Shown: positions 1-5,116 of the stretch, piece after piece
How positions within the stretch are numbered: position 1 is the stretch's first letter
Layout: every line of letters starts with the position of its first letter
From: Ostreococcus tauri
Lineage: Eukaryota
NCBI GenBank assembly: GCA_000214015.2
Contig: CAID01000017.2
Span: 44,125-49,291, forward strand
Reading direction: 5' to 3'
DNA: 5,167 bases
Made by a program: the position numbers and the translations under genes
Notes under the pieces: generated by a model
What the model saw: the letters and a program-made list of their open reading frames with translations, nothing else
What the model was told of the DNA's origin: nothing
Database searches by the model: none

Positions 1-1352
1 TTCGCGTGTGGAAATTCAGCGAGTTGAAGCTTGACATGGAGATCGACGTCGGGTGCTCCGTTCGGTGCGGGTACTTGCACGAGGACGGTTTAATCGCCGT
101 CGGGTGCGGTGATAAACACGTTCGAGTTTTTGATACGATGACGGGTAAGCGCGTTCGCACGTACGTGCCTCGCGGGAACTTGGACGACGCGGGAGACGTG
201 AAGAGCGTACAAATTAGCGCCCACGGTCGATGGGTCTTGTCCCTCGACACGAAGGGGTCGGTGCGCGTGTACGACATTCCCGCCGCGAGATTGCTGCAGC
301 ACATGGAACTCGGCGCGGAAAAGGTTGTCGCGATGCACTTGTCTCCTCGCATGGACTTTTTGGCCACCGTACACGAAGGTCACGTCGGTGTGTTCCTGTG
401 GGTGAATCAGCCGATGTTTGCATTCAAGCCGCCGAAAGTCGCGTACGGGCGCAAGGTGTCGATCGGGTTGCCAAAAAAACACGCACAATTGGACGGAGAC
501 GATCTGGACGTCGATGGATCCAACGATGACCGCGCGATCGTGGACGAGGATGAGGTGTACGTGCACCCGCTGGAGGACGAGGAGGCGGCTGAGGAGCACA
601 CGATTGAAGAGTTGGAGAACATCTTCAAGGAGATGTCCACGGCGAAGAAACAGATTGAACCTGGCATGATTACGCTGGCAAACATACCGGAGACGCAGAT
701 AGACTTACTGCTCAACTTGGAGACCGTGAAAGAGCGGCAAAAATTGAAGAAGGAGGAGAAGGAACCCGCGAGGGCGCCGTTCTTTTTGCCCACGACGGCG
801 GCGAGCGACGACGTACGACGATCCATCTTCGACACCTCCCGGGAGGCTGAGCTCAATGAAACGTCGACGACGGCGAATGGAAAAGGCGACGACGACGCGC
901 CGAAGAGTCGAATTTTACGCCAAGGAACGGATCTCGCCGGCGCGATGGCGACGCCTCTCTTGGCTTTGATTCGCAAGGGCGAGGAAAAGGGCGACTACCT
1001 CGAGGCGCTGGAGTACTTGCGAAACGCCACGCCATCGACATGCGACGGCGAAATACGCTCGCTCGGTCCGTGGGATCACAAGTTCATGTCCGAGGACGAC
1101 GTCAAGACGTTGATGAGCGCCATCAAATTTTTTACGCAAACCATCAAGTCGGGCATGTACTACGAGTTGGTTAACGCGCTCCTCACGGTGTTCCTGAACG
1201 CGCACACCACCGCCATCATGCAGTCTCCAGAGCTCGTCGAGGAGTGTCATCACCTCCGATCGGCTCTGCACTCGACCTACAGCAGGATTGACGATCTTTT
1301 CAACGAAGTACAGTGCGCGTTGTCGTTCCACACCGGTCAGTTTGGTGTGTAA
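1..1352 (+). CDS. UTP21: U3 snoRNP / SSU-processome WD40 protein UTP21 (WDR36 family), 5'-truncated by the window edge (codon phase starts at nt 3)
   Basis: The ORF is open to the left edge, with no stop from nt 3. The track's GTG start at nt 6 is an edge artefact. Stop is TAA at 1350-1352. The N-terminal part shows WD40 blade endings (GDKHVRVFD, KGSVRVYD, GHVGVFLW). The remaining ~300 aa is collinear, from memory, with the Utp21 C-terminal domain of yeast Utp21 and human WDR36: LLNLETVKERQK...APFFLPT (APFFLP = nt 774-791), GEIRSLGP, and a helical tail ending FNEVQCALSF. No database search was run. Confidence 0.85.
   Translation, partial: RVWKFSELKLDMEIDVGCSVRCGYLHEDGLIAVGCGDKHVRVFDTMTGKRVRTYVPRGNLDDAGDVKSVQISAHGRWVLSLDTKGSVRVYDIPAARLLQHMELGAEKVVAMHLSPRMDFLATVHEGHVGVFLWVNQPMFAFKPPKVAYGRKVSIGLPKKHAQLDGDDLDVDGSNDDRAIVDEDEVYVHPLEDEEAAEEHTIEELENIFKEMSTAKKQIEPGMITLANIPETQIDLLLNLETVKERQKLKKEEKEPARAPFFLPTTAASDDVRRSIFDTSREAELNETSTTANGKGDDDAPKSRILRQGTDLAGAMATPLLALIRKGEEKGDYLEALEYLRNATPSTCDGEIRSLGPWDHKFMSEDDVKTLMSAIKFFTQTIKSGMYYELVNALLTVFLNAHTTAIMQSPELVEECHHLRSALHSTYSRIDDLFNEVQCALSFHTGQFGV
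1348..1352 (+). terminator. TGTAA pentamer overlapping the UTP21 stop codon (green-algal poly(A)-signal-like)
   Basis: The sequence is gtgTGTAAacg, and the TAA stop (1350-1352) forms the last 3 nt of TGTAA. TGTAA is the established poly(A) signal in Chlamydomonas. Its use in this lineage is assumed, not shown. Confidence 0.25.
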
Positions 1353-1368
1353 ACGACGACGTCGTCGT
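1353..1368. repeat. Perfect 16-bp palindrome ACGACGAC|GTCGTCGT immediately after the UTP21 stop
   Basis: Checked base by base. Positions 1353-1360 are the exact reverse complement of 1361-1368. There is no loop, and the arms are trinucleotide repeats (GAC/GTC). Confidence 0.9.
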
Positions 1369-1426
1369 CGCGCCGTCGACGAGACGTTCGAGCTTCACAC
1401 AGAACGCAACACCGTTTCACGCGCGC

Positions 1427-1437
1427 ATATAATAATA
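1427..1437 (+). promoter_or_regulatory. TATA-like element ATATAATAATA upstream of FKBP12
   Basis: This is the only A/T-only run in the 177-bp spacer, 93-103 nt upstream of the ATG at 1530. It is followed by a pyrimidine-rich leader that contains no ATG. The function is inferred from position only. Confidence 0.3.
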
Positions 1438-1529
1438 GCGTCGTCGTTCCTTCATTCGTCCACCACTCTCTCGCGCGCGCCTTCGCGTCTCGTTCGCTCC
1501 GCACTCCGCGACGCGCCTCTTCGCCCTCG

Positions 1530-1895
1530 ATGAGCGCCTTCGTCCCCGTTCCCGGTCACGCCACCACCCGCCGCATCGTTCGACAAGGAACCGGCGCCGA
1601 GGTCGTCCAGGGCGACACCGTCACCGTGCACGCCAAGGGAACCGTCGTGGAGACGTCAAAAGTGTTTTGGTCCACCAAGGACCCGGGACAGAAACCGTTC
1701 ACCTACCGCGCCGGCGTCGGCGCCGTCATCACCGGATGGGACCAAGGTTTATTAGGCACCGCCTCCGGCGGCGTCGTCGAGCTCAACATTCCCGCGCACG
1801 AGGGGTACGGCGCCGACGGGTTCCCGGCGTGGGGGATTCCGCCCGACGGAACGCTCCTCTTCGAGATCGAAGTGTTGAGCATCCAAGGTAAATAA
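1530..1895 (+). CDS. FKBP12: FKBP-type peptidyl-prolyl cis-trans isomerase, single-domain plant-type FKBP12
   Basis: The start is the first ATG after the upstream stop; the ORF is 121 aa with stop TAA at 1893-1895. It is collinear by eye with human FKBP12: equivalents of H25, F36, F46, V55, I56, W59, Y82 and F99 are present in VHAKG, VFWST, KPF, AVITGW, GYG and LLFEIEV. It also carries strings I recall as green-lineage FKBP12 signatures (FWSTKDxGQKPF, GFPAWGIxP, FEIEVLSxQ). Confidence 0.9.
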   Translation: MSAFVPVPGHATTRRIVRQGTGAEVVQGDTVTVHAKGTVVETSKVFWSTKDPGQKPFTYRAGVGAVITGWDQGLLGTASGGVVELNIPAHEGYGADGFPAWGIPPDGTLLFEIEVLSIQGK

Positions 1896-1896
1896 A
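1891..1896 (+). terminator. AATAAA hexamer overlapping the FKBP12 stop codon (canonical poly(A)-signal-like)
   Basis: The sequence is ggtaAATAAAtcc, and the TAA stop (1893-1895) lies inside AATAAA (1891-1896). Function is inferred from the motif only. Confidence 0.3.
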
Positions 1897-1923
1897 TCCC
1901 TCTGAGCCCCGCGTCGAGCGCGC

Positions 1924-1969
1924 GTCGTCGTCGTCGTCGTCATCGTCGTCGTCGTCGTCGACGACGACG
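1924..1969. repeat. (GTC)6-ATC-(GTC)5 microsatellite running into (GAC)3, forming a perfect 20-bp palindrome at 1950-1969
   Basis: GTC units were counted from 1924 to 1959 with one ATC interruption (1942-1944). CGTCGTCGTC|GACGACGACG (1950-1969) was verified as a perfect palindrome centred between 1959 and 1960. A degenerate GTCGCC hexamer run follows at about 2007-2033. Confidence 0.9.
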
Positions 1970-1981
1970 CGCGCGCGCGCG
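1968..1981. repeat. (CG)7 alternating pyrimidine-purine tract
   Basis: These 14 nt are strictly alternating CG (verified by indexing) and abut the palindrome above. Such tracts are Z-DNA-prone by established biophysics. Confidence 0.85.
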
Positions 1982-2052
1982 GCGTCGGTGGCGTCCATCG
2001 TCGCGCGTCGCCGTCGCCGTCGTCGCCGTCGCGTCCCGTTGTCATCACACAG

Positions 2053-2066
2053 TTTCCCGCCAAAAA
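2053..2066. promoter_or_regulatory. E2F-type binding site TTTCCCGCCAAAAA upstream of DDX11/CHL1
   Basis: TTTCCCGCC (2053-2061) matches the E2F consensus TTTSSCGS on the + strand. The reverse complement TTTTGGCGGGAAA also matches. The site lies 73-86 nt upstream of the ATG at 2139 and is flanked by identical TCATCAC heptamers at 2042-2048 and 2067-2073. Confidence 0.45.
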
Positions 2067-2103
2067 TCATCACTTCGCGCCTCGACGCCCCCGTCGACGC
2101 CCT

Positions 2104-2117
2104 CGCGCGCGCGCGCG
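2104..2117. repeat. (CG)7 alternating tract, second copy, 22-35 nt upstream of the DDX11 start codon
   Basis: These 14 nt are strictly alternating CG and identical to the tract at 1968-1981. Confidence 0.85.
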
Positions 2118-2138
2118 GCGCCGTCGCCCGCGGTTTCG

Positions 2139-4901
2139 ATGCCCGCGCTCGCGCGGCGTGATTTTCCGAGCTTTCCGTACGCCGCACCGTACGGGATTCA
2201 AAAAGATTTAATGCGTCGAGTGTACGACGCGTGCGAGCGAAAGAAAACGTTCGGTGTGTTTGAGTCACCCACGGGCACGGGGAAGACGCTGAGCGTGCTC
2301 ATCGGCGCGTTGTCGTGGATCGATGATCGTCGACGACGGCGGCTTCGGGGGGAGACGTCGTCGAGCGACTCGGAGGATGCGGTCGAGGCGGCGGCGGGAC
2401 GCGGCGCGGCGGCGGCGGCGGCGGGACGCGGCGCGGCGGACGACGAACCGGATTGGTTGAAAGAGTACGACGCGAAACGAAGGAAAACGGACGCGGATTC
2501 GGTGGAGAAACGTCGGCAGGAGATTAGGAGAGAGATGCGGGAGCGAGCGTCGAAGGCGGAGCAGAGAGCGATTTTACGGAGAGACGCGGAGAAGCGTTTG
2601 CGAGAACAGATTGCGAGCGCGAACGCGAATGCGGAGACGCGATCGGAGGTGGATAAATACACGGCGGAGGAGCGAGAGTTCTTGGTGGATGAGTACGATT
2701 CATCGGCGGAACACGCGGTGGAGGATCTTCGGACGCTTTTGAGGGACGGGGACGACGAGAGCGACGACGAGGACGAGTCGGCTCGGCGAGAGGAAGACGA
2801 GGCGCTCAGACCGGCGCAGCAGATCATTCTCTGTTCGCGCACGCACTCGCAGCTCACGCAGGTGATTGGAGAGTTACGAAAGACGGTTTTCGGTGGAAAA
2901 GTTGAGGGCGCGCCGGAGATGGTCACGGCGGCCGCCGTCGCCGGTCGCGCGCAGCTGTGCGTAAATCCGGCGGTGAAAAGCTTGGGCTCGGCGGCGAGAA
3001 TTAACGAGCGTTGTTTAGACATGAGCAGGGGGAAGAAGAAGCCCGGAGAGAAGGAAAAGCACAAGGCGTGTCCGTTCCTATCGAAGCGACGAAAAGCTCT
3101 GCTCGAGCTCAAAGAAGCGGCGCTGGCGAAACCGATGGACATTGAAGACTTGGCGAAACTCGGCGAGACGAGACGAGCCTGTCCTTACTACGCCGCGCGC
3201 TCGGCGTTACCCGAAGCTGACTTAGTTTTGATGCCGTACGCGTCTCTCTTGCACGCGGACACGCGAGAGACGTTGGGGGTGAGACTGGAGAATGCCGTCG
3301 TGGTGTTCGACGAGGCGCACAACTTGGTGGACGCCGTGCACAATTCGTACGGCGCGGCGGCAACCTTGGACCAATTAAACGACGTCGACGACATGGTCAC
3401 CGCGTACGTCGAGAGATTCAAGACGAGATTGAGCGCGAGTAACCTGCGATACTTACGAACGCTGACGAACATCGCGCGCGCGTTCGCCAAGACGCTCGCC
3501 AAGGAAAGCGACGACGAGACCAAGGCGCGGAAACGTTTGACGACTCTGAATGATTTCTTATTCGAGTGCGGACAGGACACGGTGAACATGTTCAGCTTGA
3601 GGAAGTACTTGAAGGAGAGCAAAGTCGCGCACAAGATTGCGTCGTACGGCGAGTGCTCGAGGGCGGATGCGAACGCGGAGGAATGGGCGTCCGGGCGTCC
3701 GGGCGTCGGCCGAGTCAAGATTGAAAAAATAGGCGACGCGAACGTCGCCGTCGCGCCGACGCCGTCGCCCAACCCCAGAGTGGGCGCGGTGCACGCGCTG
3801 TCGTCGCTCATCGAGGCCTTGGCGAGCGCGGACTCGGACGGGCGAATAGTGTACGAACGCGCCGCGGATGGCGAACCGGCGAAGCTGCGCTTCATTCTTT
3901 TGGACGCGGCGAGTCGATTTCGACGCGTCGTCGACGCCGCTCGATCGGTCATTCTCGTCGGCGGTACGCTCGCCCCGTTCTCAGAGCTCGTGGCGCAGCT
4001 CTATCCCGAGCTCGACGTCACTGGATCCACGACGGTCTCGACCCCGGCGCGTTCGCCGAACGCGGGCGTCGCCCTCAAGACGTTTACGTGCGGTCACATC
4101 ATTCCGCGGGACAACTTGCTCGCCGTCCCGCTTCCCGCCGGCCCCACCGGCGTCGCGCTCGATTTCACCCACGCCTCGCGCTCGAGCGCGTCGCTCATCG
4201 ACGAACTCGGAAGAATCGTCCTCAACGCGTGTCGCGTCGCCCCCGGCGGGGCGTGCGTCTTCTTCCCATCCTTCGCGTACGCCGACGACGTCTGCGCGCG
4301 ATGGGACGCCACGGGCGCGATGGCCGCCGTGCGCGCCGTGAAGGATGTCTATCGCGAGCCCAGAGACGGTGCGGCGCTGGAACAGTGTTTACGCGACTAC
4401 GCCGCCTCAATCTCTCGCGCGACGAAACCCAACGGCGGCGCCGTACTCCTGTGCGTCGTCGGCGGCAAGCTCAGCGAGGGCATCAACTTTAGCGACGACC
4501 TCGGAAGGCTCGTCGTCGTCGTCGGTTTACCCTACGCCAACGTCGCCGACGCCGAGCTCCGGGCGCGCAAGGACCACTTGGACGCCACCGGCGAACGAGG
4601 GCGCGGTCGGGCGTATTACGAAGCCCTGTGCGCGCGCGCGGTGAATCAATCCATCGGTCGCGCCGTTCGCCACGTCGGCGATTACGCCGCCGTCCTCCTC
4701 TGCGACGTTCGCTGGGGCCCGTTCGCTTCGACGTCCGGAAAGCGCGGCAAGCACGTCCAGGCGCTTCCCGAGTGGATCGCCCGACGACTCGCGACGCCGA
4801 CGTCGTACGGCGACGCCCACGGCGCGCTCGCCCGATTCTTTCGGGACAAACGCATTCGCATTCGGGCGTCGCCGTCGCGCGCCGCGGAGACGAACGGGTG
4901 A
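2139..4901 (+). CDS. DDX11: ATP-dependent Fe-S DNA helicase DDX11/ChlR1 (yeast Chl1 orthologue; XPD/FANCJ-like SF2 family), full length, no intron needed
   Basis: The start is the first ATG after the FKBP12 stop, followed by 920 uninterrupted codons and stop TGA at 4899-4901. The protein is collinear with human DDX11 as recalled from memory. Matching elements are FPYAAPYGIQ, Walker A ESPTGTGKT (GTGKT = 2274-2288), a long charged insertion, CSRTHSQL, four Fe-S cysteines, the DEAH box VVFDEAHNL (DEAH = 3309-3320), TLNDFLF, GGTLAPF, FTCGHIIP, GGKLSEGINFSD (4461-4496) and VNQSIGRAVRH (4641-4673). Confidence 0.93.
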   Translation: MPALARRDFPSFPYAAPYGIQKDLMRRVYDACERKKTFGVFESPTGTGKTLSVLIGALSWIDDRRRRRLRGETSSSDSEDAVEAAAGRGAAAAAAGRGAADDEPDWLKEYDAKRRKTDADSVEKRRQEIRREMRERASKAEQRAILRRDAEKRLREQIASANANAETRSEVDKYTAEEREFLVDEYDSSAEHAVEDLRTLLRDGDDESDDEDESARREEDEALRPAQQIILCSRTHSQLTQVIGELRKTVFGGKVEGAPEMVTAAAVAGRAQLCVNPAVKSLGSAARINERCLDMSRGKKKPGEKEKHKACPFLSKRRKALLELKEAALAKPMDIEDLAKLGETRRACPYYAARSALPEADLVLMPYASLLHADTRETLGVRLENAVVVFDEAHNLVDAVHNSYGAAATLDQLNDVDDMVTAYVERFKTRLSASNLRYLRTLTNIARAFAKTLAKESDDETKARKRLTTLNDFLFECGQDTVNMFSLRKYLKESKVAHKIASYGECSRADANAEEWASGRPGVGRVKIEKIGDANVAVAPTPSPNPRVGAVHALSSLIEALASADSDGRIVYERAADGEPAKLRFILLDAASRFRRVVDAARSVILVGGTLAPFSELVAQLYPELDVTGSTTVSTPARSPNAGVALKTFTCGHIIPRDNLLAVPLPAGPTGVALDFTHASRSSASLIDELGRIVLNACRVAPGGACVFFPSFAYADDVCARWDATGAMAAVRAVKDVYREPRDGAALEQCLRDYAASISRATKPNGGAVLLCVVGGKLSEGINFSDDLGRLVVVVGLPYANVADAELRARKDHLDATGERGRGRAYYEALCARAVNQSIGRAVRHVGDYAAVLLCDVRWGPFASTSGKRGKHVQALPEWIARRLATPTSYGDAHGALARFFRDKRIRIRASPSRAAETNG
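2386..2439 (+). repeat. 27-bp in-frame tandem duplication inside DDX11 (encodes AAGRGAAAA twice)
   Basis: Positions 2387-2412 and 2414-2439 are identical (26/26). The 27-nt units differ only at their first base (a2386 vs c2413). The duplication lies in the low-complexity linker after the Walker A motif. Confidence 0.85.
2958..3182 (+). other. Fe-S cluster domain of DDX11: four conserved cysteine codons
   Basis: The Cys codons are TGC 2958-2960 (QLCVN), TGT 3012-3014 (ERCLD), TGT 3069-3071 (KACPF) and TGT 3180-3182 (RACPYY). This is the same order and context as the 4Fe-4S ligands of XPD-family helicases. Confidence 0.8.
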
Positions 4902-5020
4902 CGTCCCGCGACGCCCCGCGCGAGAGCGCGTTGAAACGCAATGCATGGAATCGCGGTGCATTACATCGCGTCGCGTCGCGCGCACAACGCATCCGTCGCG
5001 CGTCGTCGCGTCGCGCATCC

Positions 5021-5063
5021 GCGATGCAATGCGATTCGCGCGGCGACGCGCATTGCGCATCGC
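5021..5063. repeat. Imperfect inverted repeat / potential hairpin (13 bp stem with a 2-nt bulge, 15-nt loop) in the DDX11 3' flank
   Basis: GCGATGCAATGCG (5021-5033) pairs with CGCATTGC-gc-ATCGC (5049-5063), checked base by base. The loop is 5034-5048. Confidence 0.6.
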
Positions 5064-5116
5064 ATCTCCATCGCGCGCGGCGTCACTCCACCGCGCGCAC
5101 GCGCGACGCGCGCGCG

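Noticed and set aside
90-1331. Minus-strand ORFs (169, 69, 189, 62 and 138 aa) and + alternate-frame ORFs (99 and 83 aa) inside UTP21
   Set aside because: All are nested within a frame that has clear WD40 and Utp21-domain homology. Their products are Arg/Ser-rich with no motifs. They are compositional artefacts.
1411-1424. GTTTCACGCGCGC upstream of FKBP12 as a second E2F-like site
   Set aside because: TTTCACGC breaks the TTTSSCGS consensus at an S position (A instead of G/C), so it is too degenerate to call.
1288-1533. 81-aa + ORF bridging the UTP21 3' end and the spacer
   Set aside because: It is an alternate frame of UTP21, then reads the palindrome at 1353-1368 as poly-Arg, and ends at the FKBP12 start. 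It has no independent support.
1667-1891. 74-aa + alternate-frame ORF inside FKBP12
   Set aside because: It is an Arg-rich (RRRRRR) alternate frame of a gene whose annotated frame has unambiguous FKBP homology.
1885-1893. AAG|GTAAAT resembling a 5' splice donor at the end of FKBP12
   Set aside because: The FKBP fold ends naturally at ...FEIEVLSIQ, as in human and plant FKBP12, just before the stop. No downstream exon or acceptor is needed or apparent, and the string is better explained as the stop/AATAAA context.
1752-2268. Minus-strand ORFs of 103 and 161 aa with poly-Thr and poly-Asp (12 consecutive D) runs
   Set aside because: The homopolymer runs are just the (GTC)n microsatellite read in two antisense frames. 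These ORFs bridge the spacer and overlap the ends of FKBP12 and DDX11, so they are low-complexity artefacts.
2198-3142. 314-aa minus-strand ORF antisense to the 5' third of DDX11
   Set aside because: It lies entirely antisense to a region with clear DDX11 homology on the + strand. Its Ser/Ala/Arg-rich low-complexity product is the mirror of the sense Glu/Asp/Arg/Ala codons (GAN/CGN/GCN), which rarely produce antisense stops. It contains no recognisable domain.
3188-3952. 254-aa minus-strand ORF antisense to the middle of DDX11
   Set aside because: The reasoning is the same. High GC3 on the sense strand depletes TTA, CTA and TCA, so long antisense frames stay open. The sense frame carries the DEAH box and conserved helicase motifs, and the antisense peptide has no recognisable motif.
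3868-4644. Three + alternate-frame ORFs (157, 134 and 99 aa) inside the DDX11 3' third
   Set aside because: They are Arg/Ser/Pro-rich translations of the most GC-rich part of the gene. The annotated frame carries GGTLAPF, FTCGHIIP and GGKLSEGINF, so these are out-of-frame artefacts.
3400-4900. Apparent rise in GC content from about 52-55% in mid-DDX11 (and in UTP21) to about 70% in the DDX11 3' third
   Set aside because: These are spot counts on a few 60-nt lines only. The shift tracks amino-acid composition (a K/N/L/F-rich arch region versus an A/G/R/P-rich C-terminal domain) within one continuous homologous ORF. There is no junction, repeat or frame break suggesting a mosaic or transfer boundary.
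4489-5060. Two overlapping minus-strand ORFs (167 and 177 aa) spanning the DDX11 3' end and flank; one frame is open to the right window edge
   Set aside because: The products are extremely Arg-rich (RRRR runs), typical of CG-repeat translation. They overlap about 375-410 nt of the conserved DDX11 C-terminus (motifs V and VI). Codon third-position bias favours the + strand frame.
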